Shown: positions 50,281 through 62,589 of the stretch, piece by piece
Layout of the letters: every line of letters starts with the position of its first letter
Position numbering within the stretch: the stretch's first letter is position 1
From: Okamejei kenojei
Lineage: Eukaryota
Length of the DNA: 64,000 nt
Direction of reading: 5' to 3'
Assembly (NCBI GenBank): GCA_035221665.1
Contig: CM069148.1
Span: forward strand, 25,978,001-26,042,000
Translations under genes and position numbers: made by a program
The notes under the pieces: model-generated
Told to the model about the DNA's origin: nothing
Databases searched by the model: none
What the model saw: only the letters and a program-made list of their open reading frames with translations

Positions 50281-50499
50281 GTGAGGGACAAGTTCCACAT
50301 TGCGACCTCAGCTGCTTAAATTTCTATTTCTACCGAAAAAGTCTGTAGAATTTCTCTTGACCTCTTCAAAGTAACTCGGCGAAGTGGCAAAATGTTAGCC
50401 TGACATTGCAGTCCTTGTCATTGTCTCCTTGTCATTTTCCATAGGTTAGAAGCATGACTACCTAGTCAGAATGTAATTCCCCAGTACAAGCCAACTAAT

Positions 50500-51180
50500 G
50501 CACAAAAAAGCAAACTTAATACTAGCATTTATTTCAAGAGGGCTTGAATACAAAAACTTTTACTTTACTAGGGATGTAATTTTGAGGCTCTATAAGGCTC
50601 TGGTAAGGCAGCATTTGGAATATTATGAGCAATTTTGGACACCATATCTGTGGCAGGATGGGCTGGCTCTGGAGAGGGTCCAGAGGAGGTTTACAAGAAT
50701 GATCCCAGACTAGAGTATGGTCAACCGATATGAGCATTTGTCCGCACTGGGCCCCCCCGACACCTGGAGTTGAGAAGAAGGAAGTGGCGTCCTCATGTTG
50801 TGACTCTCCATTACTAGATAGAAAGCGCGGACAGAGTGAAATGTGGAGAGGATGTTTCCATTAGTGGGAGAGTCTACAACTAAGTCAGCCTCAGAATTAA
50901 GGACGTTCTTTTAGGAAGAGAAGATAAGGTGGAAAATGTATTAGTTAGAGGGTGTGAATCTGTGGAATTCTTTGCCACAGAAGGCTGTGAGGGACCTAGT
51001 CAGTGGATATATTTTTAAGGCAACGGCATATGATTCTTTTTTACAAGAATTAGGTGTTTAGAGTTTATAGGGAGAAGACAAGGGGAATGGGGTAGGAGGG
51101 GACATAGATCAGCCATGATTGAATGTGAGGTAGACCTTGATGGCCAAATGGCCTAATTCTACTCCTAGGCTTATGAACCT
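50500..51180 (+). mobile_element. CR1 3' fragment
   Basis: KKANLILAFISRGLEYK..LYKALVRQHLEY..FWTP..LERVQRRFTRMIP. Confidence 0.8.
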
Positions 51181-51381
51181 GATGACATGTTACTGAAAAC
51201 AGTACTCAGTTCCTGCAGCGTCTATATCTGATCATGTGAGGATTTTAGGAACAAAATAATTGCTGCAAATGACATTTATTAAAGTATTCAATCGTTGCAT
51301 TTTTCATTGCCTTTGGCATATGTGTGTGAATTCTGGCATTCAACAGAATGTTTGTTTTTGCATAATAATAGTTTTTGTAAG

Positions 51382-51465
51382 ATTGGTTATTCTGTGACCA
51401 AATCACTTCACCTAGTAAAGATTCCCACACAGAGAGATTTAGCAACAGTAGCACAGTTGCTGCAG
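51382..51465 (+). CDS. Candidate exon (84 nt, phase 1-1)
   Basis: Acceptor TTTTTGTAAG, weak donor CAG|GTTTAG; open frame (D)WLFCDQITSPSKDSHTERFSNSSTVAA, in phase with both neighbouring candidates. Confidence 0.2.
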
Positions 51466-51956
51466 GTTTAGTGAATACGCTGACCAGATATTACAGGAAT
51501 ATATGAGGTAAAACGTAATATACATTAATTTTTATGGTGGTAACATGCATGCAACATGTGGATGGACAAATGATTCTTATAGAATAGAGCACGTAATTAA
51601 AATATCAATGTGTTCAAATCCTGTAACATTTAGAGGAAAACTTCATAATACCATTATACAGTATTCTGATATCTTAATTTTTCAATTAATTGCGCATAAA
51701 ATAATCTGCCCTGCAAAAGATCTGTCTGCTTTTAATTATTGACAACAAAAAATCGTGTATTATAAAGGTCTTTGTATTGGCAAAATCTACCAACATTTGT
51801 CAGAGTGATTTATTCTGTTTTAGTTATAGTAATTTCTAGTTTGTTGTCACCTTTTGACCAAATGTGTTTAAAATTGTCATTAACATTAGTGAAAGCTTAG
51901 GCCGATGCAGTGGTTAGCATAAGGTATTTTCATATCTATGACTCCGTTCTCTTAAG

Positions 51957-52000
51957 TTGAGGATACAATCTTGATGCTACATGATACTGCAAAATTATGG
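51957..52000 (+). CDS. Candidate exon (44 nt, phase 1-0)
   Basis: Acceptor CCGTTCTCTTAAG, donor TGG|GTAAGC; (V)EDTILMLHDTAKLW. Confidence 0.25.
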
Positions 52001-52852
52001 GTAAGCAAGCCAAAGCCCCAAGGCAATGGCAGGTGTGTAAAACTGGAAACAATTTGCTTTAGTGAGATACTGACTGAAGCAAACTGCTGGTGCAAAGTAA
52101 AGAGGGTTTTTAAAATCATATCTGGGAGTAATTGACATTTTTAAAACAAGTCATTCTATGGTGTGGTAGAATTAACAACCTCGGCTTGATGGGCACAAAA
52201 TGTGCCAAAGATAATTCAAGGATCCCTGGGCACCAGTGTTGTTTGTAATTCAGACTCTCAATATTCAGCAATTCATGCCAAAAAAAAAAAAAAAGTTGAA
52301 ATTTGGAAAAGAAAACGGACAATGTTAACGTCAAGTCAGGCACCAACTTTGCAGAAACAGAGTTGATATTTCAGGTCAATGACTTTTCATCTGAACCTTC
52401 TTCTGAAGGGTATTGACCTGAAACATTGACAATGTTTCTGTCATCACAGGTGTTGAAAGTTTCCTTTTACTTTTTGAGCTTGCCTCAGATTGCATAACAT
52501 TTCACATCATTCAATTCTGATAGTCCATTTCTATGCCCCATATAACAGTTTTAGCGGTGAAGATGACAGCTATCACTATCATTATTAGTTTAGCTGGGAA
52601 CTTATTTGAAACCTGTACACATTAATATACAATACTTGGTACTTTGTTCACGAGAGGCAGGACAGGGCCTGTGAAAACAGCAACCTCAGATAGGAAAATA
52701 CATTTATTTCCTAAAAGGTTTAATTTACTTTTTGCCAGAAATTCATACTCGTTTGCAAAACTGTCCTTACATACACACTGGATGCAAAGTCTCAAGCTGC
52801 TCACAAGACAGATAAACTTTAATTGAACACTATGAGGAATATACTCACAAAT

Positions 52853-53113
52853 TGGGCCCTTCAAACCCACCGAGCCCGCCCGACCAGCGATCTCCTGCAC
52901 ATGAACATTATCCGCAAACACGAGGGACGTTACAATTATCCAAACCAAATACCTTCAAACCTGTACGTCTTTGGAGTGTGGAAACCGGAGATCCCCGAGG
53001 AAACCCAGGGCAAATCAGCGCGGAAGACGTACAAACTCCGTATCAGACAAAGCACACATAGTCAGGTCAAACCTGGGGCCCTCTGGCGCTATAAGGCAGC
53101 ACCTGCCACCGTA
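52853..53113 (-). mobile_element. V-domain SINE (degenerate)
   Basis: ACCTGTACGTCTTTGGAGTGTGG..AAACC..GTACAAACTCCGTA..TAAGGCAGCA, shared with the other SINE copies. Confidence 0.8.
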
Positions 53114-53121
53114 CCAAATTA

Positions 53122-53991
53122 TCATTATAATAATTAAAACTCTGATCTTGGATGTGTAATTTATTTGTGTGATGTCGTGGTCTTTCACAATCTCTCGTAA
53201 ACACTAACCTTAACGTGACATTTATAGTCCGCTAGAGATAATTATGCCATGTCAAAAATAGCCTTATCTGAAAATTCCATGCACTATTTCTCGAGTTATT
53301 TATGAAAATGTTTAAAAATTTCAAATAACGTTGAAAATTAACGAGATGGTCTTGCTGATGATGTCACAATGGCTCTGCTCCTCCCGGCATGCTGCCCTAT
53401 ATTCCACTCGCAGCGAGTGACGTCACCCTCCTCCCCCTCCTCCTCCCTCCCCTCTCGGTTCTTCAAAAGACGCAGAAAGAACGAGCAAGTGGGCTCTGTA
53501 CTGCAGCTCCCAAACTCTTCTGAGGGCTTCAGAGGTCCCCCTAGGTCCCTGAGCTCTGCACGTCGAGAGCTCGCGGATTTCCCGAGCACTCCAGAGCTCC
53601 TTCCCCCCGGCTCTCTCTCTCCCCCTCCCCCGGGCTCGCTTCTCCCACCCCCCTGGGGCTCCCCCCCCCGGCTCTCTTCCCCCACCCCGGTCCTCCTCAC
53701 CACTCACCCAGCCCTCACGCCACCCTCCCCCCACCTCTCCCCCCCCGCCTCTCTTCCCCCACCTCTCCCTCTCCCCTCTCCCCTCCCCCTCCCCCCCGTC
53801 TCTCCCCATCCTCTCTCTCCCCCCTCTTCTTTACCCCCCTCCCCGCCTCTCTCTTCTCTCCCCAGGCCCTATATCTCTCCTTGCAGCATCTCCTTCCTCC
53901 CCATCCCTCTCCCCTCTTTCCGCGCCTCTCGCTCCCCGCTCCCCCCGCGCGTTGAGGGGACGGGACCCCAACGGGTTCCTCACCTGGTCGA
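53122..53991 (+). mobile_element. Non-autonomous Helitron with a C/T-rich body
   Basis: 5' A|TC..ATAATTAAAACTCTGATCTTG resembles the 24451 terminus; 3' hairpin GGGACCC-CAAC-GGGTTCC about 10 bp before a degenerate CTAG and a TA run. Confidence 0.6.
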
Positions 53992-54027
53992 TTATATATA
54001 TATATAGAAATATAATATAAGAAATAA

Positions 54028-54800
54028 TCATAGAAACATAGAAACATAGAAATTAGGTGCAGATAAGCCATTCAGAGCCCTTCGAGCTGCACCGCCATTC
54101 CTATATGATCTGGCTGATCATCTCCAACTCAGTATACGTACCTCTGCCTTCTCTCCCATTTCCCTCGATCCCCTTATGCCCACAAGGGCCACATCCAACA
54201 CCTCTCTAAAAGCCAATTAACTGGCTCAACTACCCTCTTGGCAGAAGAGTTCCAGAGACATCACCACTCTCTGGTGTGAAAAAAGTCTTACTCATCTCGT
54301 CTTACAGGATTTCCCCCTTTATCCTTAGCGCTTAAGCTTGACCCCTTGTCCTGGACATCCCCAACATCGGGAACAATCTGCCTGCATCTAGCCTGTCCAA
54401 ACCCCTTAAGATTTGTAAGTTTCTATAAGATCCCCTCTTAATCTCCTAAATTCCCAGAAGTATAAACGAGGCTATCATTCCCTTTTCTTCATAAGACATC
54501 CTACATTTCCAGGAATCAGTCTGGTGAACCTTCTCTCACTCCCTCTATGGCAAAATGGTCCTTCCTCAAGTTGGAGACCAAAACTGCACGCAATACTCCT
54601 AGTGTGGGCTCACCAAGTACCCTGTACAACTAAGTAAACCTCCCTCTCTGTTACTCAAATCCTGTTGCTATAAAGCAACATACCATTATCGCTTTTTTTT
54701 CACTGGCCTGCTCACCTGCATGCCTACTTTCAATGACTGGTGGTGTACCATGACACCCAGTCCTCGCTGCCATCTCCCCTTTTCCTAATCGGCCACATAT
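54028..54800 (-). mobile_element. CR1 3' half, heavily indel-ridden
   Basis: (ATAGAAAC)3 tail; RLGKGEM motif; colinear with 43010-43773. Confidence 0.85.
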
Positions 54801-54807
54801 CTTCTTT

Positions 54808-54810
<3 letters not shown>

Positions 54811-54867
<57 letters not shown>

Positions 54868-54874
54868 TATATAT
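54811..54874. repeat. (AT)n microsatellite
   Basis: About 26 perfect AT units plus a degenerate extension. Confidence 0.95.
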
Positions 54875-55244
54875 TTAAATAGAAATACACACACACATAT
54901 ATTACTAAAAGTAAAGATCTTGACCGCTTTTGACGCACTGCGATTTATTTCCGACAGTCATTTTTGGCCATCTTGCTCAGAGCCCCCCTCCGCCGGACTG
55001 GACCACAGCATGAAAATCTTTTCATTCCATCGATGAAAAACCAGAGAGATATTAATGTTTTTGTATAAATTGCCATTTTTCTCTGCTGCCCCTGCTGGTG
55101 GGTGGGGGAGGGACTATACAACTTGGAAGTGGTGTGCCTCACTCAGTCTCTGCAAGATTGAGGAAGCCAAAGGGTCACGTCTCTGAGCTCTGAATAACAC
55201 TCAACACATGTCTACTCAACTGTGAGTGTTTTGAAAGTGAAAAT

Positions 55245-55691
55245 ATGGTTGGTTTGAAGTAAAAAGGCACTGCAAATGGTTGTTTGGGGGTTTTGAGTTG
55301 AAGTAAAAAGGCACTGCATGCAAATGGTTGTTTGGGGGGTTTGGTTGAAGTGAAAAGGCAATGCATGCAAAGGGTTGCTTGGGGGTTTTGGGTTGAAGTG
55401 AAAAGGCACTTCAGATGGTTGTTTTTCTAAACTTAACGACTTCCTGTTTGCACTATATTGATTTTAGATAAAACGCTACCATTTACGGCATTTTGGGGGT
55501 TTTGGGTTGAAGTGCCATGCATGCAAATGGTTGTTTGGGGTTTGGGTTGAAGTGAAAAGGCAATGCATGCAAAGGGTTGCTTGGGGGTTTTGGGTTGAAG
55601 TGAAAAGGCACTGCAGATGGTTGTTTTTCTAAACTTAACGACTTCCTGTTTGCACTATATTGATGTTAGATAAAACGCTACCATTTACGGC
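55245..55691. repeat. ~35-40-bp repeats (GGTTGTTTGGGGGTTTTGGGTTGAAGTGAAAAGGCACTGCA) within a ~200-bp tandem duplication
   Basis: 55315-55489 is nearly identical to 55517-55691. Confidence 0.85.
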
Positions 55692-56017
55692 TGTGATTTT
55701 TGGCCATCTTACTCAGTCCCCCTCCACTCATCGGGTGCAGAGGATTGTTCCCATCTATGAAAAACAAAAGTGTTATTAGTGTTTAAAAAATGTTGAGAAT
55801 CTCTCCTGTCAATCACGCCATGAAGGCCACACCTTTTCCGGTCGGAGGGGGAGGGATTATAAAACCCGGAAGTGTGTGTGTGGCTCAGTCTCTGCATGAT
55901 GGGGGAGGGAGAGGTCACAACTCTGTCTGAGCTGTGAATCAACTGAAGACACTGAATGTCTACTGCACTGTGAGTGGTGTTTTGTGTGGTTTTATGGTGG
56001 GTTTTTATGGTGGTTTC

Positions 56018-56395
56018 ACCCTGCCTGAAATAGTATCAAACTGCATTTGAATGTGGTGGCCCTGCACCCTGCATGAAATGGTATGAAACTGCATTTGAAT
56101 GTGGTGTCGTTGCACCCTGCATGAAATGGTATGAAACTGCATTTGAATTTGGTGGCCTTGCACCCTCCTTGAAATGGTATGAAACTGCACTTGAATTTGG
56201 TGGCCTTGCACCCTGCTTGAAGTGGTATGAAACTGCACATGAATTCAGTGGCCTTGCACCCTGCTTGAAGTGGTAGGAAACTGAACCTGAATTTGGTGGC
56301 CTTGCACCCTGCTTGAAGTGGTATGAAACTGGACTTGAATTTTGTGGCCTTGCACCCTGCTCGAAGAGGTAAGAGAAACTGCACTTGAATTTGGT
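56018..56395. repeat. 48-bp minisatellite, ~8 copies
   Basis: Unit TGGTATGAAACTGCAYTTGAATTTGGTGGCCTTGCACCCTGCTTGAAR; GTATGAAACT recurs at 56081 and 56129; produces 16-aa periodicity in the overlapping ORFs. Confidence 0.95.
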
Positions 56396-56484
56396 TAACC
56401 CGAGCAAGCGTGAGGTGATGCACTTTGGGAGGTTGAATGTAAGAAGAGAGTGTATAGTTAATGGCAAGACCCTCAGCAGCATTG

Positions 56485-57160
56485 TGTAGGGAGGAACTGC
56501 AGATGCTGGTTTAAACCGAAGACAGACACAAAAGGCGGGAGTAATGCAGTGGGTCAGGCAGCATCCTGGAGAAAAGGAATAGGTGATGTTTCGGGATGAG
56601 ATCCTTCTTTAGACTGAGAGTCAGAGGAAAGGGTAATGAGAGATATAGACGGTACTTAGAAATTAATGGAAGATATGCAAAAAGCAACGATAATCAAGAA
56701 AATGTGGGGCACACAATGGTCCATTGTTGGCTGGGGATGCAAGGGTTTCTTAAAGTTAGAGAAATCATTACTCATACCGCCGGGTTGTAAGCCACCCAAG
56801 TGAAATATGAGATGCTGTTCCTCCAATTTACGTTTAGCCTTACTTAACAATGGAGGAGGCTGGTGGTGGGGGTCATGTTGGAGATGGCAATAATGTCAGA
56901 GGTTTGTATGCTGTGGGCAATGGCTGATGGAGTGAGAGATGAGGACGAGGGGAACTCTGTCCCTGTTGCGACTGAAGGGAGGGGGAGCAGGAGAATTGCT
57001 ACGGGCCACCCTGCCTCCTGCAAAGTCTCTATCCCTTACTCCCAATTCCTCCGTCTGCTCCGCATCTGCTCCCAAGATGAGGTGTTCCATATCAGAACAT
57101 CCGAGATGTCCTCATTCTTTAGGGAACATAGGTTCCCCTCTTCTATCATAGGTGGGGCCC
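56485..57160. mobile_element. Penelope fragments in both orientations
   Basis: Minus-strand terminal repeat and RKLEEQHLIFHLGGLQPGGM; plus-strand HPASCKVSIPYSQFLRL.RICS..F...RFP. Confidence 0.8.
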
Positions 57161-58152
57161 TCCTTGGTACCCCACAACTCCCTTTGAGGCATCTGATTTA
57201 AAAACTTTAATTCACTATTGTGAAAGATAGCAACGAGCACCTACTTGTTCAATGAACTGAAGATCTATAAACACCAGTCTACAAAAAACAGCTGCCTACT
57301 TATTAGTGGTAAATTAGGAAGCAATTTTGTACTTTGGGCCATGTCCACGTTTGAGACTGCCCTAGTACAGCTTGTAATAACAATACTTTCTTAATACTGT
57401 CAGTTTCCAAAGGCAATAGGGATAAGTCAGCTCGGCCACAGTATCATCAACTCTAATTGACCTTTGCAAACTTTCAATTCCACTTGTTATTGTGAGATAA
57501 TTTACATCCAACTATAATTTTAGTCGTTATTAGCAGGGTCCTAGAACCTAAACACTACTTCCAAAATTTCCCTAACTTAAACCCGAGACAATCCCACATC
57601 ATGCAACATTATGTAGTATTCTACCCACTTCCTGTTAAGAGTCAGAAAAAACTGAAACATCTTTCATCCAGCTGACAATCAGCCAAAATAGTTCTTATGT
57701 ACACTCATGGGATCCCACGAGACTTCAAGAATTCATTAACCTCTTAAAGATGGTGCAATCTTTCAGTTTTCCAGATAAAATTTAACAAACAAATTTCAAT
57801 ACATTTTTGGTATTTAAATTTACAGGCATCCAGGGGGTGAAGGAAGGAGGGCCTGTGCTCAGGCAAAGTGCGTTGGAGATACAGTCATAATGCTTTAATG
57901 GTGAATGTTTAATCTACAGTCACTTCTAAAGTGTTGAGAATGTCTGCTGTATGTTTTTTTTACTCCTTTCAAAATCAATTTGATTAGCTTTTATGTACAT
58001 TAGACATTGTTAGATCATGATTTTCTACTTTGGTTGTTACCCATAACAAGGTGTTCTCCTCTAACATGACAAGACTTGAAGTGACTGCACTCAACAATGT
58101 AATCCCTCTTTGCATTCATGACATATAACTCCCAGTTGATCAGCTCATAGGC

Positions 58153-58452
58153 TTAGTTTAGTTTAGAGATACAGCGTGGAAACAGGCCCTTCGGCCCACC
58201 GGGTCCGCACCGACCAGTGATCTCCGCATGTTAACACTGTCCTACGCACACTGGGGCCATTTTTTGCATTTACTGCCAATTTACCTATAAACCTGTACGT
58301 CTTTGGAGTGTGGGAGGAAACTGAGGATGTTAGAGCAAATCCACGCAGTCACGGGGAAAATGTACAAACTCCGTGGTCGGGATTGAACCCGGGTCTCCTG
58401 CGCTGCATTCGCTGTAAGGCAGCAACTCTACCGCTGCACCACCATGCCGCCC
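58153..58452 (-). mobile_element. V-domain SINE
   Basis: Minus strand starts GGGCGGCATGGTGGTGCAGCGGTAGAG; B-box GGTTCAATCCC; (AAACT)n tail. Confidence 0.88.
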
Positions 58453-59094
58453 TTGTAGGCTTGTAGCTAAGGCTCCTCAGTAGTTGACTTAATCAAGATG
58501 AGATGGGATAGCATGCACTGATAATGAACATTTCTTTCGTCTTGGTAGGAGTTGCCCAGCATTGCTCACTCCCATTCTTGAAAGACCTCAATCAGACCAC
58601 ACACATTCTGTGTTGGAATGTAGATGCAAACTGGTACTATGATGTTTTGTAGCTTAACAAATGAATACATTGCAATACAAAGCTAAATAATCTTCATAAA
58701 TATTGTGGTTATCTGCAAATTGGAACAAATGTAATGTTGGCATAAAATAGATGTGTTGTTTATAGGTAAGAATTGTATGACGATTAATTTTCGCTGAGAT
58801 CCTAATTGTTTAGGAAAATGCACAGATAACATTCAGTCATGTCCAGAAAAAAATTCCTCTGTTCCAAAGGCATAAGCTTTTGTTCATTCATTGTGGTCTA
58901 GCAGTGGTGAACACATGGATCTCTCACAGAGAAGAATCGTGATCAAGAAATTGGGAGAGGGACAGTAGATGCGGCTTAATGAAGTTTTGTTTATATGTTC
59001 ACTCAAAGAAATGTCTTAAAGATGTTGTTGCCAACAATTGATGTGAACGTCAAATCTAGTTCTATGGGAAATAATACCACATTGAATCTAATTG

Positions 59095-59162
59095 GGTGGC
59101 GCATTGGCGCAGTGGTATGGTTGCTGTCTTACAGCGCCAGAGACCCGAGTTAGATTCTGGCT
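59095..59162 (+). mobile_element. SINE tRNA-like head only
   Basis: TGGCGCAGTGGTATGGTTGCTGTCTTACAGCGCCAGAGACCCGAGTT matches the SINE 5' ends. Confidence 0.6.
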
Positions 59163-59231
59163 GAAAGATGTGTGGAAGTTATTCTGTTCTGACTATTTTT
59201 GAAATGTGTAAATCTTTTTCTATTCAGGCTG

Positions 59232-60200
59232 TAGTTTAGTTTAGTTTATTGTCTTGTGTAATGAGGTACAGTGTTAAGCTTTTGTTGCATGCTAACTAGT
59301 CAACGGTAAGATTACAATCGAGCCATCCACAGTGAACAGATACATGATAAAGGAAATAAGGTACAGTTCAAGATAAAGTCCTGTGATATCTGATTAAAAA
59401 TAGTCCAAGGATCTCAAGTGAGGTAGACAGTAGCTCAGAGCTGCTCTCTAGTTGTTGATGGGATAATTCAGTTGCCTGATAACAACTGTCCCTGAATCTG
59501 GAGGCGTGTGTTTTCACACTTCTGTACCTCTTGCGTGTTGGGAGAGAGGGTAAGAGGGAGTGATCAGGGTGAGACAGGTCCTCAATTATGCTGGTGGCCT
59601 TGCTGAGGCAGTGTGAAGAGTAAATGGAGTCGATGGAAGGGAGATTGGTCTGTCTAATGGTCTGGACTGCATCCACTATTCTCTGCAAGTTCTCACGGTC
59701 TTGGATGGAGCTGTTTGCAAACCATGCTGTGATGCATCCTGATAAATGGCTTTCTTTGGCACATCTGTAGAAGTTGTTGAGAATTGTTGGGGGACATGCC
59801 GAACTTCCTAAGCCTTCAAAGGAAGTAGAGGTGTTGGTGGTCTTTCTTGGCGATTGCTTCAATATGGGTGGTCTGGGAGAAGTTGTTGGTGAAATTTATT
59901 GCAAGGAACTTAAAGTTTTCAACCATCTCTATTTTGGCTCTGTCAATGCATACCGTGGTATGTGTACCACTCCACTTCTTGAAGTCGATCACTGTCTCCT
60001 CTGTCTTGCGGACAATGAGAAGAAGGTTGTCATCTTGACTCCAGGTCACAAGGTTTTCAATCTTTGTCCTGAACACTGTCTCGTCATTATATGATACACG
60101 GTCCACAACAGTGGTGTCGTCCATGAATATGTAGATTGAGATGGATTTGTACTTGGTTGCGTAGTCGTGGATGTATAAGGAGCAGAGAAGGGGGCTGAGA
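59232..60200 (-). mobile_element. Rex1/Babar 3' fragment
   Basis: LSPLLCSLYIHD..FMDDTTVV..KTEETVIDF..FKFL; LNNFYRCAKES..ITAWF..RFRDS; (AAACT)n tail. Confidence 0.85.
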
Positions 60201-60589
60201 CTCATACAGGCTAGACAAATGGGACTAGCTTAGATGGGATATGGACAAGTTGGGCCGGTGCCTATTTCCATGCTGTATGGCTCGATGACTAATAGTAAAG
60301 GTAATCTCAAAGGACAAAAACTGATGACCTGCTGTATGATAATTTTACCATGTTATGCTCACTCAGGCAACATCATATGAGACAACTGATTCAGCTGCAA
60401 TTCAACTGATTCCACTCTTTTCTCCAGTTTCAAAGCACTTGTTAAAGCCTGCCCGTTTAACCAAGTTTTCTTATTTAAATTATGCTGAACCATTCAGCTG
60501 TCTGTCTACAGGTTATACCATAGCTGTCCCTGGGAATCTATGTCAGTGAATGGAGAGTTAAAGTTTCCTTATGACCTCATACTATCAAA

Positions 60590-61530
60590 AGCAGCGAGAG
60601 GGCCCATTGCTATTCGTCATCTATATAAACTATTTGGAAGTGAATGTACAAGGAATGATTAGTAATTTTGCAGATGACAATAAAATTGGTGGTACCATAG
60701 TAGGTTGGTTGAAGATGGTTATCAAGATTTGCAGCACGGTTTTGATCGGCTGGGCAACTGGGCCGAGGAATTCCTAATGGAGTTTAGTTCAGGTAAGTGC
60801 GAGGTGTTGCGTATTGGGAAGTCAAACCAGGGCTGGACTCTCTCGGTGATCTGTGGGGCTCTGGGCAGAGGGATTCAGGAGTACGCGTACATTGCAGGTA
60901 AATAGGATGGTGAAGGTGGTTTTTGGCACATTGACCTTCATCAGTCAGGGAATTGAGTATAGAGTTGGGATGTTATGTTACAGTAATAACATTGGTATGT
61001 ACATTAGTAACAGTAGTATGTTGGCGAGGCTGCAGTTGAAGTATTGTATTCAGTTTTGGTCATCCTGCTATTGGAAAAATACGATTAAGTGGGAAAGAGT
61101 GCAGAGGTGAATTTTATGAATGTTGCCAGGACTTGAGAGCCTGAGCTATAGGGAAATGTTGGGCAGACTTGGATTTGATTCCTTGCAATCCTGCAGGCTG
61201 AGAGGTGATATTATAAGAGGTATAAAAAATCTTGAGGGGAATAGATAGGGTGAACACACAGAGTCTTTTACCCAGGTTTGGGGAATCAAGAACTGGATGG
61301 CAAAGGTTCAATGTGAGAAAGGAAAGATTTAATAGGAATCTAAGGGGCAACTTTTTCACACAAAGGATGATGGGGATATAAAACAAGCTTCCAGAGGAAG
61401 TAGTTGAGGCAGGTACAATAACAATATTAAAAAATACATTTAGGAATAGGAAACGTTCAGAGGGATTGATGGGGCATCTTGGTCAGCATTGATGATTTGG
61501 GCCGAAGGGCCTGATTCCTTGCACTATGAC
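60590..61530 (+). mobile_element. Degenerate CR1 RT and 3' fragment
   Basis: GPLLFVIYIN..ISNFADDNKIGG; KCEVL; LKYCIQFWSS..WERVQR. Confidence 0.8.
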
Positions 61531-62589
61531 TCCACCTCTGTGACACTACGCACATGCAGATTGGTAGGTGTGCAGTCAGAATGCCAAAAGCTAATACAGA
61601 CTGCAAAAAGTCATTCTCTGCTGCAGAGGTTGCCATTTATCGCATACAGTACTTCAAGCTCAAATTCCTCATTTCCTCTTGCTTCAGTGAATACTGGCAT
61701 CAGCTGCAATTCACACTTCTCCAGCTGACCCTGAAGACTGTCTGAGCATGAAAGAAAGAAGCTAGGGACTGGAGAGCCCTGGCTCTTAAAATAATGTGAG
61801 TAACTGTGTTGAAACATGGGAAGGTGCGTGGGTGGATAGAGAAAGTCAAATTACATCGGAGAATTCAAGGCAAATGATTTTAGTGCAGAAAATTAGTCCT
61901 GTCATTCAGTTTCTATTCAATTTGGTTACTGAAGCATAAATAATCACTGTACTGGACATAGCATGGAAATCCTAGTATCTTGTTTATCAGCTTTATGAAA
62001 CTAAATCCCACGCAGCTGACAGAGTCTCAATCAATAAAAACAAGTCAAGACAGTTACCATCTATTGAACCAAGTTTGTTCACTATCTTCTTCTTAAGAAT
62101 AGGTTAAACCATCTGCAGAACAGTTTGTACTTTCAGACTCTGAAAGATCTCATTACATTTAGGTCAGAATGATCTAAACTGAATGCAATTCCCTAAGGAC
62201 TTTGCAGCAATCTTCCCCCAAGTTTATTTTTGTTGGAAGATCTAGTAACTGGCCTGCCTCAGCCTGATGCTTTCCAAATAATAGCTAAAGTCGGCCAGAG
62301 ATGGTTATCAAGGAGTGATGCTGAACAAGTTTAGTCCTAGATTAACCAATGGAAGCTTTTATTCTGGCATCTAAACAAAGTAAATAACTTGCCCCAATAA
62401 TCACAGCATTTTTGCTGATTTCACAGCCAAGGGGATAATGGCAGAACAAATATGAAGAACTGAGATGTGTGGAGAGCTTTAGTTGTGGGACAATGAATCC
62501 ACTTCCATTTCAACACTCAAGTGGAATGACTTAAAAATTATATTGGGTGGTGCAGTGTTTAATGGGTTAAAGTAGCTGGGAACTTAAAA

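Larger units (their letters stand above)
54897..56395 (+). mobile_element. Composite Helitron-like element with duplicated 5' modules and internal tandem repeats
   Basis: Starts ATATATTACTAAAAGT..ATCTTGACC; the module ATTTTTGGCCATCTT(G/A)CTCAG..CCCCCTCC occurs at ~54960 and ~55697 and resembles the 24451/30012 modules; no 3' CTAG seen. Confidence 0.55.

Noticed and set aside
53338-54071. Pro/Ser-rich and Gly/Glu-rich ORFs (up to 212 aa)
   Set aside because: Low-complexity C/T-rich Helitron interior, open on both strands; the same applies to 24632-25348 and 29363-29792.
56005-56482. 48-bp array as a CRISPR array or a repeat-protein gene (16-aa periodic ORFs)
   Set aside because: Units are contiguous with no unique spacers, there are no cas genes and the context is eukaryotic; ORFs are open in several frames only because 48 is divisible by 3.
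57826-57890. Possible collagen-like exon (GIQGVK..) after TTTACAG
   Set aside because: The Gly-X-Y register breaks after two triplets and there is no convincing donor.
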